A stretch of DNA of 64,000 nt, taken from positions 429,122 through 493,121 of the forward strand of contig CBDCCS010000018.1 in the NCBI GenBank assembly GCA_965214935.1, in the 5' to 3' direction. The position numbers were made by a program, and so were the translations under genes. This document shows positions 21,167-31,889 of this stretch, piece by piece (the first letter of the stretch is position 1; each line of letters starts with the position of its first letter). Origin of the DNA: Candidatus Velthaea sp. Lineage in GTDB: Bacteria; Vulcanimicrobiota; Vulcanimicrobiia; Vulcanimicrobiales; Vulcanimicrobiaceae. The notes under the pieces were generated by a model, which worked only from the letters and a program-made list of their open reading frames with translations, did no database searches and had not been told where the DNA came from.

Positions 21167-24100
21167 ATGGAGCCGACACCATTGCGCACGGCGCAGGCTC
21201 GTCATCCGTTCCGATGGCTGGCCCTTGGTGCCCTTACGCTGTTGCTCGTTATTGCGGCCGGCGCCGTTGCATTTTGTAACAATGCGGCGCGCATTGCGTT
21301 GCAGTCGGCCGGCCGTAGTCTGGGGTACACGCTGACGACCGGATCGCTCGACGTCGGACTCGGCGGAGCGGTCGCTGCAGGCGTACGTGTCGTCAACAGC
21401 AAGGGCGAGCCCGTTTTCGACGCGCGTCGAGTCGCCGTGCGTTATTCACTGCGCGATCTGTTACCGGGCGGAAAGCGGTTATTCGGTCTCGTGTCGGTGG
21501 CGATCGATGCACCGCACGTGACGGTCATCCATCACGCCGACGGCACGTATAACATTACGTTGCCGGCAAGTTCAACGCAAAGGTCGCGCGCGGCCGGTGC
21601 GCCGCTCGATGTTGCCTTGCATGTCGGCGGGGGTTCGGTCGATCTCATCGATCGTTACGTTGCAGCCCCGCGCGAGCGGCGTCAACGGCTCGTCGACGTC
21701 AATGCCGACGGCGCGATTGCTGCACGCGCCGCTTATCACGGCGGCGCAACGTTCGTCGATGCCGGCGTGCGCTATCCGCTCAGCGCGACCGGCCGCTTTG
21801 CCGACGCACGCGGTTTTGAATTCCAGCAAATCAGTGCCGCGCGTTTACCGGTCGCCGCGCTTGCCGATTTCGTTTTGTCGACTCGTGCCGTTGTAGTCGA
21901 GGCCGGCGAAATCGACGATCTGCGAGTGAAAGTCGGCGCTCTTGCGACGTCCGCGGGCGCGTTGCAACAACATTTCGGCGTCGCCGGCCGGCTCGCAGGT
22001 ATCCGCCTGGCGGCAACTGCGCTCGCGAAACCGGTCCGCGACGTGAGCGGCGCCTTCGTCGTCGATGACGATAGTGCGACGCTCACGAACGTAACTGCAG
22101 CGATCAACGGCGTGCCGTTGCGCGTCCGCGGGGCGCTTTATCACTTCGCCGCGCCGCAAGTTGCGTTCGCCGTCACGCTCGCCGGCGATCTGCGCCGCTT
22201 GCGCGAATTGTCGGCCGATGTCGCGAAGTTACCGATCGCCGGAGCCGTCGGGGTGCAAGCCTTAGCCGAAGGCCCGGCGGCAAACCCGCTCGTCTTCGCG
22301 CGCTTCAGCGCGCCGAACATTCACTACGCGGCGTTCCGATTCGACCGCCCCCATGGTTTCGTCGCGGTCTCCGGTCAAGAGCTCGACGTCCTCGCGGCGA
22401 GCTTATACTACGGCGCCGTCGGGATCGACGCGGCCGGTGCATTGCGGCTGGCGCGCCACACGCAAACGACGGGCTTTGCCCGCATCGCGGCACCGGCGAA
22501 CTCGTTGCCGTACGTCGATGCGCTCGTGCCGGGAATGGCTCTGGACGGCAACGCGGTCGTGCGCGGCACCGACTCGCGTTTGGCGGCGCGCGGCTATCTC
22601 GGCGGTTCGCATGCCGGCGACCGGCTCGACGTGCCCTTTTCGGTCGAGCCGGCGGGCAGCGGCACGATCGGACCGCTCGTCCTCGCGCGGCATGACGGCG
22701 CGTCGGCGTACGGCCGGGCGCGTTTCGACCGCGGAGCAAGAACCACCGTAGCCGTCTTCGATGCGCGGGCAATCTCGCTGCTACCGGCTCCGGCGATCGC
22801 CTTGCCGGGCTTGAGCGTGCCGCCGTTGCCCGGCCGGCTCGATGGGAAGTTGGATGCAACCATTGCCGGCGTTGCGACGGGCACGTCACTTGCCGGTCTG
22901 GACGGCGGGTTGCATGCCTATGGTTCGTGGGGTGACGTGCGCGCCGATGCCCGAGCTACGGGCCGGCGCTTTGCGGCGCGGGGCCGCCTGACGAGTTCGT
23001 TCGAGCGGCTGGCGGCGTTTACGGGAAACATCGGCGCCCACGGTGGGATCGACATCCCTTTTGCCGCCGTCAATGCGGGCCGAACGACGCTGGTTCAGAT
23101 CGCCGGCGCGCGTTTCTCGAACGCCGCGATCCGCGGCATCCCGCTCAGCGCGGCGGACGCGACGGTCGGCGTCGGGTCGGGGCCGATCGACATCTACTCC
23201 GCCGGCATCCGGGTCGCCGGTTCAAACATTACCGCCGAAGGCCGCTTCGGCAACGGCGGCCGCGTGCAAATCACCGCAAGCGGCGTCGATGTAGCCGCCT
23301 TGCGAGCCGCGGGCGTGCCGTTCGTCAACGGGCACGCAACCGTCATTGCCGATATCGGCGGCACCGCGGCGAAGCCGGTAGCGGGCGTTTTGGCAGCGCT
23401 GGGCGGTGCTCGGTTCGGCAACGCGGACTTCGGGGCGAACGTCGGGCTGACCTATGACGGTGCAACGGTGCAACTCGATCGCGCGACCGTTACCTTCGGC
23501 GGGGCTTTCGCGAATGCGGCCGGGACGGTCGGCGGCCTCGTCCCCGGTCATTTTGCGCCGCGCTACGCGCTCGCCGCGCGGCTCGAAGACGCCGATATCG
23601 CGACCTTGGCGCGGACGGTCAAGACGCCGCTGCGCTACCCCGAAGGAACGATCGACGCGAACGTGCGTGTCGGGGGCGCTGCGGCGCTGCCGTCGGTCAA
23701 CGGTTCGCTGCTCCTGCCCGAAGGATCGCTCAACGGACTGAGTTTTCGTGACGGGCGGGTGGATTTCGACGGGACGCCCGCGGCGTTACGCGCGGACGGC
23801 GGGCGGCTGACGGTCGGCGGAACGACGCTTGATTTCGGCGCGCGTGTCTCGCGCTCGGCTCAAAGCGTGCGGCTGCGGACAGCTCAGCTGGATCTTGCCG
23901 ACTTCAACGACTACTTTGATGAAGCCGACGTCTTGGCCGGAACCGGCCGCGTGGCCGTCGCCTTCGACGCGGCGCCGACGTCGTTGCGCACGTCGGCGAA
24001 TGTTGCGCTACGCAATGTTCGCTACCGGCGTTTTGCGCTCGGTCAGGCGAATGCGACGCTGAGCACGGCGGCATCGACGGTTCACGTGGCGGCGAATCTT

Positions 24101-26215
24101 GCCGGATCTAATGGAAACGTCAGCCTCAACGGAGCGATCCGGGTGCCGGATTCCGACCCCTTGCATGATGTGGTGCGCCGGTCGTACGTCGACGTTCACG
24201 CGCGCATCGCCGGCATCAACCTCGGCAACGTTTTGCCGGCGGCGGGCATCAGCGCACCGGTCGTCGGGTTCATCGACGGGTCGGCGGCCGTGCGCGGACG
24301 GTATCCGGCGCTCGCGCTCAGTACGCACGCCTCGCTCGTGCGCGGCGTGGCCGGCCGTCTACCGATCGATCGGCTGACCATCGCTGCGACGGCCGACAAT
24401 GGCCGGGGCCGGCTGACGAATCTTACGCTCGATGCACCCGGCTTGAGCGCGACGGCCGACGGAACGTTCGGTATACGCCCGGAGGACGCATTCGCGCTCA
24501 ACGCGCACGTCGTCAGCCCCAATATCAATGCGCTGGTCATTGCGGCGACCGGTAAAAATCCGGCGCTTAGCGGTGCGCTCGATACTCGCACGCATTTGAC
24601 CGGAACGCTCGCACGTCCCCATCTCGCGACGTCGATCGACCTCGATACGCTCACCTATAAAACGCTGACGATCCCGCACGTGCACACCGACCTGAGCGCC
24701 ACGCGTCAAAGCGTCGATGTGCGGAACGGCCTGATCCGTTTGCCGCGCGGTGGAGCGGTCGCCTTTGACGGCCGAGCGCCGCTGTCGACCCGCGCGAATA
24801 CGCCGATCGCCTTCGATTTTGCACCGCACGGCGTCGACGTGCGTCCGTATTCGCCGCTGTTGCCGGACGGCTCGGTCGTCGAGGGGGTCTTCGACGGCAA
24901 TGTCGGAGTTCGCGGAACGCTCGGAGCGCCGCAGCTGAGCGGCAGTCTCGGGTATTCGAATGGATCGTATCGTTCTAATTCGCTCAAGGCGCCGCTGACG
25001 GCGATCGCCTTACAACTCGATTTTGCCGGGACGACCATAAACATCCGCCGACTGCACGCGCATGCAAATCCCGGAAACTTCGATGGTACCGGCTCGATTG
25101 CCGTCGGCGATTTGCGGAACCCCTTGCCCGGCTTGCGTACGCACATCGAACTGAGCGCTTCAAATGCAGTCGTGTTAGCGCCGAAACTCTACTCCGGCAC
25201 GATCGACGGTCTTGTTACGGCGAACAAAACCGCCGGTTCAGCGCTCGGTGTCGCCGGCGATTTGACGTTCTCAAAAGCACGGATACCGTACACCGCGTTG
25301 GTGCCGAGCGGCGGTACGGCAACGGGCCCCGCACCGGTGCTGCCCGACGTTGCGCTCAATGTAGGCGTCGAGGTGGGACGCGATGTGCGCGTGCAATCCG
25401 GTCCGGTCGACATCGGCACGACGGGTAGCGCGCGTTTAGGCGGAACGCTGGCCAAGCCGACCCTCGACGGACAATTCACCGCGACCGACGGGACGGTCTC
25501 GGTTTACCGTACGTTCGTGGTGCAAAACGGCAGCACGGTAAGCTTCAATCCTGCCGACGGCATTACGCCCAGCGTCGACGCCACTGCGGTAACGAGCATC
25601 TCCGATCCGGCCACCGACATCTTACTGCATATTACCGGTCTGTCGACGCATCTCAATCTTGCCTTTAGTTCACAACCGCAGTACAGCCAACAGCAAATTT
25701 TGGGTTTACTCGTCAACGCTCAAGCGTTTGGTGCCGTGTCGGGTGTTGCGACGACAAGCGGTGGATCGAGCGGGTCGGGCAATTCGGCAATTACCGGAAT
25801 CGGCGAAGGGGTGCTCAATACGCAATTCACTCAGAAATTTCTGCAGCCGCTGAGCAGTTCGCTCGGCGGTGCGCTGGGCTTGAGCGATCTCAACGTCAAT
25901 TACAATTTGAACGGCGCGGTGTCGGCAACGGCGCGCCGTAAATTAGGCAAGAACATCTCGTTTACGTACGGCGAACAAATCGGCGGTCCAACGCCGCGCA
26001 CGAGTATCGGAATCAATGTCGGTTCGGCGATCTCCGGGGCGCAATTAACGATCTATCAAGCCGCCGGTTCGTCCCGCGCTTTCGGCGGACAGTCCCTCAC
26101 GCCGTACTTGCAGAGCGGCTTTTTGGCAACATCTCCGCCGAACTACACGCTGCAGTCGATCGAACCGCCGGCCGGCAGCGGATTCGTTTTTTCATATCAG
26201 CGGAAGTTCTGGTAA
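21167..26215 (+). CDS. tamB: Translocation/assembly module TamB (AsmA-like) protein
   Basis: 1682 aa, N-terminal TM anchor, long amphipathic beta-taco repeats, DUF490-like C-terminus (FSSQPQYSQQQILGLL), terminal YQRKFW. Confidence 0.8.
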   Translation: MEPTPLRTAQARHPFRWLALGALTLLLVIAAGAVAFCNNAARIALQSAGRSLGYTLTTGSLDVGLGGAVAAGVRVVNSKGEPVFDARRVAVRYSLRDLLPGGKRLFGLVSVAIDAPHVTVIHHADGTYNITLPASSTQRSRAAGAPLDVALHVGGGSVDLIDRYVAAPRERRQRLVDVNADGAIAARAAYHGGATFVDAGVRYPLSATGRFADARGFEFQQISAARLPVAALADFVLSTRAVVVEAGEIDDLRVKVGALATSAGALQQHFGVAGRLAGIRLAATALAKPVRDVSGAFVVDDDSATLTNVTAAINGVPLRVRGALYHFAAPQVAFAVTLAGDLRRLRELSADVAKLPIAGAVGVQALAEGPAANPLVFARFSAPNIHYAAFRFDRPHGFVAVSGQELDVLAASLYYGAVGIDAAGALRLARHTQTTGFARIAAPANSLPYVDALVPGMALDGNAVVRGTDSRLAARGYLGGSHAGDRLDVPFSVEPAGSGTIGPLVLARHDGASAYGRARFDRGARTTVAVFDARAISLLPAPAIALPGLSVPPLPGRLDGKLDATIAGVATGTSLAGLDGGLHAYGSWGDVRADARATGRRFAARGRLTSSFERLAAFTGNIGAHGGIDIPFAAVNAGRTTLVQIAGARFSNAAIRGIPLSAADATVGVGSGPIDIYSAGIRVAGSNITAEGRFGNGGRVQITASGVDVAALRAAGVPFVNGHATVIADIGGTAAKPVAGVLAALGGARFGNADFGANVGLTYDGATVQLDRATVTFGGAFANAAGTVGGLVPGHFAPRYALAARLEDADIATLARTVKTPLRYPEGTIDANVRVGGAAALPSVNGSLLLPEGSLNGLSFRDGRVDFDGTPAALRADGGRLTVGGTTLDFGARVSRSAQSVRLRTAQLDLADFNDYFDEADVLAGTGRVAVAFDAAPTSLRTSANVALRNVRYRRFALGQANATLSTAASTVHVAANLAGSNGNVSLNGAIRVPDSDPLHDVVRRSYVDVHARIAGINLGNVLPAAGISAPVVGFIDGSAAVRGRYPALALSTHASLVRGVAGRLPIDRLTIAATADNGRGRLTNLTLDAPGLSATADGTFGIRPEDAFALNAHVVSPNINALVIAATGKNPALSGALDTRTHLTGTLARPHLATSIDLDTLTYKTLTIPHVHTDLSATRQSVDVRNGLIRLPRGGAVAFDGRAPLSTRANTPIAFDFAPHGVDVRPYSPLLPDGSVVEGVFDGNVGVRGTLGAPQLSGSLGYSNGSYRSNSLKAPLTAIALQLDFAGTTINIRRLHAHANPGNFDGTGSIAVGDLRNPLPGLRTHIELSASNAVVLAPKLYSGTIDGLVTANKTAGSALGVAGDLTFSKARIPYTALVPSGGTATGPAPVLPDVALNVGVEVGRDVRVQSGPVDIGTTGSARLGGTLAKPTLDGQFTATDGTVSVYRTFVVQNGSTVSFNPADGITPSVDATAVTSISDPATDILLHITGLSTHLNLAFSSQPQYSQQQILGLLVNAQAFGAVSGVATTSGGSSGSGNSAITGIGEGVLNTQFTQKFLQPLSSSLGGALGLSDLNVNYNLNGAVSATARRKLGKNISFTYGEQIGGPTPRTSIGINVGSAISGAQLTIYQAAGSSRAFGGQSLTPYLQSGFLATSPPNYTLQSIEPPAGSGFVFSYQRKFW

Positions 26216-26956
26216 ATGGCGGCGCAACCGGCAACGCGTTTGACGGCGACGATCGGACTTTCTGCCACCCGGGAGGCGGCACCGGAATATATGCGGGCCA
26301 TCGAAGAAACCGGCGCTCGCGTCCGGCTCCTGCAATTTTCCGTCGAGCGGCTCGACGAACAACTTGCGGATGTGGGCGGCATCGTGCTATCGGATGGCGG
26401 CGATGTCGAGCCGCGCGCGTACGGCAACCGCAGCGAGCTCGTTGCCAGTGTCGATCCGGTAAGGGATGATTTTGAGATTGCCCTCGTGCGGCGAGCGCGC
26501 GAACGCAAGCTTCCGACCTTTTGTATCTGCCGCGGCTTGCAAATCGCCAACGTTGCTTTCGGCGGCACGCTCGTGCCGGATATCGGTACGGCACGCGGCG
26601 CGGATGTCGCGTCGCTGCACCGTCTGCAACATGCCGGTGCGGCCTTTCGCGGCCTCATTGCCGGCCATGACGTCGCAATCGATTCAAGTTCGCTGTTGGC
26701 AACGCTCGTCGGGACTTCGATGACGACCGGTTCGCGCCATCATCAGAGCCTCGATGCAATCGCGCCGGAGCTGCGCGTCGTCGCGACGACACCCGATTCC
26801 ATCGTTGAAGCGGCAGAAGCCCGCTTCGCTTCGCCGTTTTGGCTCGGCGTGCAATGGCATCCGGAATCGACCATGGAAGTTGACGGCGGGACGGGCCGCG
26901 CCATGTTTGCGGCCTTCGTTACGGCGGCCAGCCGTTACATCGGAGATTCGCCATGA
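26216..26956 (+). CDS. Gamma-glutamyl-gamma-aminobutyrate hydrolase family (peptidase C26, PuuD-like)
   Basis: GGDVEP, RDDFE, ICRGLQ, SRHHQ, GVQWHPE. Confidence 0.88.
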   Translation: MAAQPATRLTATIGLSATREAAPEYMRAIEETGARVRLLQFSVERLDEQLADVGGIVLSDGGDVEPRAYGNRSELVASVDPVRDDFEIALVRRARERKLPTFCICRGLQIANVAFGGTLVPDIGTARGADVASLHRLQHAGAAFRGLIAGHDVAIDSSSLLATLVGTSMTTGSRHHQSLDAIAPELRVVATTPDSIVEAAEARFASPFWLGVQWHPESTMEVDGGTGRAMFAAFVTAASRYIGDSP

Positions 26957-28359
26957 CCGACGAGCCGTATACCAAAAGCGCCGCAGCTCCGATCGTTCTA
27001 CACATCGGCATCGGCTCGTTCCATCGCGCGCATCAAGCCTGGTACTTGCATAAGCTGCTCGAAAGCGGCGCAACGAACTGGACCCTCGCGGCGGCGAGCA
27101 TTCGCAGCGACATGGCGCCGCTGCTCGATGCGTTAAGCGCGCAAAACGGTGCGTATACGCTCGAGACCGTCACCCCGCAAGGCGTACGCGCATACGAACT
27201 CATTCGATCGATTCGGCGCATCGTGCCCTGGGATGCCGAGTGCCGGGGAATCGTCGAAGTCGGCTCGCTTGCGCAGACGCGTATTATCTCGTTCACGGTA
27301 ACCGAAGGCGGATATTATCTTGACGACGCGCATCATCTCGACCCGACGAATGCCGATCTGGCAGCCGATTTAGGCGGCGAGCGGCGCACGATATACGGCA
27401 CGATCGCTGCGGTTTTAAGCGAACGGTTAGCGCGCGGGTCCGGCCCCGTTACGTTGCTCAATTGCGATAATTTGCGCAGCAACGGCGACCGCTTTCACGG
27501 CGGTCTGCTCGAGTTTCTCGAAATGCGCGGCGAACGCGACGTACAGCGCTACGTGCGCGAATCCACGACGTCGCCGAACTCGATGGTCGATCGCATCACC
27601 CCCCGGCCGAACGACGACGTTCGCGAGCGCGTTCGAACAGCCACCGGCTTCGATGACGCTTGTCCGGTCATGGCCGAAGACTTCATCCAATGGGTGATCG
27701 AGGATGAGTTCGCAGCCGGAAGGCCGCCGTGGGAACTTGCCGGGGCGCAGCTCGTTGCTTCGGTTGCACCGTTCGAGGAAGCGAAAATCCGCATTCTCAA
27801 TTCGAGTCACAGCTGCATTGCTTGGGCCGGAACGCTGCTTGGGATGCGGTTTATTCACGAAGCGACCGCCGACCCGCAGATTCGCCGCATGGCATACGAC
27901 TACACTACCGACGACGTCATACCGTGCTTGACCCCAAGCCCGCTCGATCTTGGCGCCTACCGCGATGTCGTTCTCGATCGCTTTGCCAACCCGTACGTCG
28001 AAGATACCAATCAACGTGTTACCGCCGACGGCTTCTCGAAAATACCGGGCTTCATCGTGCCGACGTTGCGAGAGTTGCTCGAGCGCGGTGCAGCGTTGCG
28101 TTCGACGGCGTTGCTGCCGGCGTTGTTCTTCGTTTTCCTCGGACGCTGGCATCGCGGCGAGTTACCCTACGCGTATCAAGACGGCGTCATGGACCCTGCC
28201 GTCGCGCACGCATTCTTTGAGGCGCCGGATCCGTTGACGGCGTTTTGCGCCGATCGCGGCTTATGGGGCGAATTAGCCGGTAACGCCGTACTGCAGGCGG
28301 CGATCGCCGACGGCATCGGTCGCGTGCAAAACTGGCTTACAACACGCTCGGTGGCATAG
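26953..28359 (+). CDS. dalD: D-arabinitol 4-dehydrogenase (mannitol dehydrogenase family)
   Basis: [57 protein letters not shown]. Confidence 0.85.
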   Translation: MTDEPYTKSAAAPIVLHIGIGSFHRAHQAWYLHKLLESGATNWTLAAASIRSDMAPLLDALSAQNGAYTLETVTPQGVRAYELIRSIRRIVPWDAECRGIVEVGSLAQTRIISFTVTEGGYYLDDAHHLDPTNADLAADLGGERRTIYGTIAAVLSERLARGSGPVTLLNCDNLRSNGDRFHGGLLEFLEMRGERDVQRYVRESTTSPNSMVDRITPRPNDDVRERVRTATGFDDACPVMAEDFIQWVIEDEFAAGRPPWELAGAQLVASVAPFEEAKIRILNSSHSCIAWAGTLLGMRFIHEATADPQIRRMAYDYTTDDVIPCLTPSPLDLGAYRDVVLDRFANPYVEDTNQRVTADGFSKIPGFIVPTLRELLERGAALRSTALLPALFFVFLGRWHRGELPYAYQDGVMDPAVAHAFFEAPDPLTAFCADRGLWGELAGNAVLQAAIADGIGRVQNWLTTRSVA

Positions 28360-28478
28360 CCCCCGAGCTTCGTTTGGTTGGCGTAACAACGCGTAAAGGT
28401 TCCGATAGCACGCGCTTTTTCCGGCGATGCGTTCCGATATGCAGATTAACGTCTTGTCTGTGAACGGATCGCTATTGC

Positions 28479-30529
28479 ATGTCGACGCTCTTAAGCCGCT
28501 TCCGCCTTGCCGTGAAATTGCAGGCAGCATTCGGCTTGGTCATGCTGCTTTTTATCGTCAACATCGTGGCGATTCTCATGCTCAACGGCAGAGTCGACGA
28601 GTTTCGTAATTATCAGGTAACGCATTTGTTGCCGGCGCGCTTAGCGGCCTTGCAGGCCCGGGCGCTGCTATGGAAATTCGACGACATGGCGTCGTACCGG
28701 TTGATGGAACTGCGTTCGGATAAGCAACGCCTGCTCGAGATTGCCTATCGCAACACGGCCGCGGCAGTCGCCGAGCGGATTGCCGGTGCGCAAAAGTTTG
28801 CCGATAACGACGTGCAACGCCGATCGCTCGACGACTATCATCGTTTTATGGACGGCCCGCATGGTTACATTGCCGCAAACAGCGCGGTCTTTGCCAAGCT
28901 CGAAGCCGGACAGCGTGAAGCAGCGCAACGCTTGTATGCCGGTACGTTACCCGATGCCGCCGATGCGGCACTCAACACGTTCGTTGCCGATATCAATCGC
29001 CAAATCGGCTCGGGTAACGCGGAAAACGTCCGGCTTGCGACCCTTGCGCTTCGACTCGGTATCGGCTTGGGCATCGGTGCCTTGGTGCTCGGTGTCGCCA
29101 TCGCCGCAGTTCTGTCACGCAGCATCTCACGCGCGGTCGGTACGACCACTGCGGCGCTCAACGAGGTCGTTGCGACAGACGTCGCGGCGTTTACCAATGC
29201 GATCGAACGGCTCGCTCAGGGCGACTTAACGGCTCGAGTGAACTCGACGCGTCCGCCGCTGCCCGTCAACGGCAATGATGAAATCGCCTCGCTCGTCAAA
29301 ACATACAATTCACTGACGACGGCTATGGGCGTTATGGCCGGGCAATACACGTCGGCAATGAACGGCTTGCGCGATTTGATTTCCGGCGTGGCATCCGCCA
29401 GCGCGTCGCTCGCAGCCGCCTCGGATCAAGCATCATCGGCGGCGAACGAGTCGACAACGGCGGTCGGACACATCGCGCTAGCCGTCGATTCGGTGTCGCA
29501 AGGGGCAAACGAACAAGCTGCAAAAATCGGCGACACCGCGACGGCGATTGAAGAGTTGGCTCGCACGGCCGAACAGATTGCGGCCGTAGCGACGAATCAA
29601 GCCGAATCGATCGCGATAACGACATCGGCGCTCGCAAAACTCGACGACGGCATCGAGGCACTCAGTGCGCAAAGCTCGACGCTCACCACGTCCGCGCGGG
29701 ACGCGGCGGTCGAGGCGGCGGCCGGAATCGCCGCCGTTGCAGAGACCGCCGGTACGATCACGCAGCTCAAGACGGTGACGGCAAAAGCTGCCGCGGCGAT
29801 GGTTAGCCTTGAGCAGCGTTCGTCGCAGGTCGAACAAATCGTCGAAACGATCGAAGATATCGCCGATCAAACCAATTTGTTAGCGCTCAACGCCGCGATC
29901 GAAGCCGCACGTGCCGGCGAACACGGTCGTGGTTTTGCCGTGGTCGCCGATGAAGTGCGAAAATTAGCCGAGCGCAGCTCGATCGCAACGCGCGAAATCT
30001 CGACCATTCTCGGCGACGTTAAGCGTGAAACCGTGTCGGCCGCAGAAGCGATGCGCTCGTCATCGGCTTCAATGGACGCCGGTATTGCCGTCTCCGATCG
30101 GGCGGCGCGATCGATCGAGAGCGTGCGCGCTGCGGTTGCCACGACGACGACGGTCTCCGAGTCCTTAGCGATTCAAGCCAATCAGATGCGCGAAGCGTCG
30201 CTGCGCGTCACCGATAACATGGCGAGCACATCGGCGGCAGTTGATGAAAACTCGGCCGCCGCCGCGCAGATGCGCAGCACGACCGAACATATAACGCTGA
30301 CGATGATGCCGATTGCCGCGACCGCGTCGTCGAATGCGAGCGCGGCGGATGAAGCCGCGCTTTCAACGCGGCATCTGCAAATCGGGATTTCGGAGATAGA
30401 GATTACGGCGCGTTCACTCCGCGATCAGCGGAGCAATTACGCAATCTCGTTGCGACATTCAATGTCGATGAAGAACAAACGCCGCTTGCACTATCCGGAT
30501 CGGCGCGTTCGCTCGTCCGGATGTCGTAA
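28479..30529 (+). CDS. Methyl-accepting chemotaxis protein (probable 1-nt frameshift near 30428)
   Basis: Two TMs around a helical sensor domain, [42 protein letters not shown]; as given the ORF runs to 30602, but the natural tail ends at 30529 in another frame. Confidence 0.9.
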
Positions 30530-30533
30530 GGTC

Positions 30534-31178
30534 TTAGACGAAGCCGGCCTTGATAGCGTAGACTGCCGCTTGGGTCCGGGCCGATACGTTGAGCTTGGAT
30601 AAGATCCGGCTGACGTAATTCTTGATCGTCTTCTCGGAAAGCTTCAGCTTGGCGCCGATCTCCTTGTTGGCCAAGCCGCCTGCGATGAGCCGCAAGATAT
30701 CGGCTTCACGCGTCGTCAAATCGCTGATTGCCGAACCGGAGTTCGCTTCGTAGCGGCGTTTGAGCATGCCGCCTGCGACGCGCGGGTCGACGTACGACGA
30801 ACCGCTGGCAAGGACGCGGAATGCGACGTCCAGTTCGCTCGGCGAAATATCTTTGACCAAGAAGCCGTCGGCGCCGCAAGCGATGCTGCGTTGCATGACG
30901 TCGGCATTAGCAAAACTCGATAAAACGCAGAACCGAACGTTGGGACAGACGCTACGCGCAAGAGCGAGCGCTTCGGTTACATCCAAGAGCGCGTTATCGA
31001 GTCCGAAGACGATCAGATCGGGCCGCGTCCGCTGCAGATCTTCGAGCCGAACCGATGGTGCATCGCCGACAACTTTGATCAGCGGATTTTCATTGAGGAA
31101 TGAGTGCAGAGCCTTCGCTATAAGCGATTGGCGTTCGATGACCAGAGTCTTGAGCGGAACGAAATCGAGAGCGATCAT
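30534..31178 (-). CDS. NarL/LuxR-family response regulator with atypical receiver domain
   Basis: C-terminal LTTREADIL...[26 protein letters not shown]; receiver has VIER and DLIVFG in place of DD and the phospho-Asp. Confidence 0.9.
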   Translation of the reverse strand: MIALDFVPLKTLVIERQSLIAKALHSFLNENPLIKVVGDAPSVRLEDLQRTRPDLIVFGLDNALLDVTEALALARSVCPNVRFCVLSSFANADVMQRSIACGADGFLVKDISPSELDVAFRVLASGSSYVDPRVAGGMLKRRYEANSGSAISDLTTREADILRLIAGGLANKEIGAKLKLSEKTIKNYVSRILSKLNVSARTQAAVYAIKAGFV

Positions 31179-31707
31179 GATAAGCGCGTTCTCCTAAGAT
31201 TTTACACCGAATGGCGCGTCGGGAAATAACCGACGGTATGGACTTATGGTAGGGCAAGTCGGCTCTGCGGGGACTTCTCAAAACTTAGTATTTTTTTACC
31301 GAAACCACACAATAGTCGAGGAGCAATAGGCATATCCGCAGAGGTCTTTTAGCGCGCACGTACCATGCGATTCTGCTTGCGGCCCGGTTCCAATTGTAAG
31401 CGCATTAAAACATCGAGCGCATCCGTAGAGCACAGCAGTACGTACGTAATGTAATTGGCGTTCAATGCTCGTTGCCGAACGCGTTGTACGATCGCGGCTG
31501 TCGCACTCGAGCGTGTTGACTCGAAACCGGCGACTGCTGGCGGCGATCGATTCGCCGAACGTCGATGCAGCGTCTACTGCTGTTGCCGCCCCTTGTATCT
31601 ACGAACGGCGGGATGATTCGCGCACCCGTCTATGCAGTGCGCGCCGGCTGTCCGATACTCACGACGCCTGCATCGCGCATGCTTCGAGAGACCGATTGAA
31701 GCACAAA

Positions 31708-31725
31708 TGCCCGCGTTCGCGGGCA
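31708..31725 (-). terminator. Putative intrinsic terminator downstream of tRNA-Ala
   Basis: Minus strand TGCCCGC-GAAC-GCGGGCA followed by TTTGTGCTT. Confidence 0.55.
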
Positions 31726-31733
31726 GTGTTGAT

Positions 31734-31809
31734 TGGTGGAGATGTGCGGATTCGAACCGCAGACCCCTTACATGCGAAGCAAGTGCTCTACCAACTGAGC
31801 TACATCCCC
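31734..31809 (-). tRNA. tRNA-Ala (anticodon CGC)
   Basis: GGGGATGTAGCTCAGTTGGTAGAGCACTTGCTTCGCATGTAAGGGGTCTGCGGTTCGAATCCGCACATCTCCACCA; 76 nt, G3:U70, encoded CCA. Confidence 0.97.
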
Positions 31810-31823
31810 ATGGGCCGTTCGCG

Positions 31824-31852
31824 ATTCTACCAAGTCCGGTAACGCATGTCAA
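31824..31852 (-). promoter_or_regulatory. Sigma-70 promoter of tRNA-Ala
   Basis: Minus strand TTGACA-N17-TAGAAT with extended TG. Confidence 0.8.
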
Positions 31853-31889
31853 AGGTCCGCCGGTACACGGCGCCGATAGTTCGAGGGCG

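Noticed and set aside
28384..28440. Sigma-28 promoter for the MCP (TCCGATAG, TCCGATAT)
   Set aside because: Plausible, but neither -10 has a TAAA at the correct spacing, so it is not called
28360..31733. Genomic island integrated at the tRNA-Ala 3' end
   Set aside because: The intergenic DNA is AT-richer, but no integrase and no duplicated tRNA 3' end were found by eye
31632..31889. N-terminal extension of the ZnuA-like ORF and small ORFs over the tRNA
   Set aside because: They overlap the tRNA; the lipoprotein signal begins at ATG 31890
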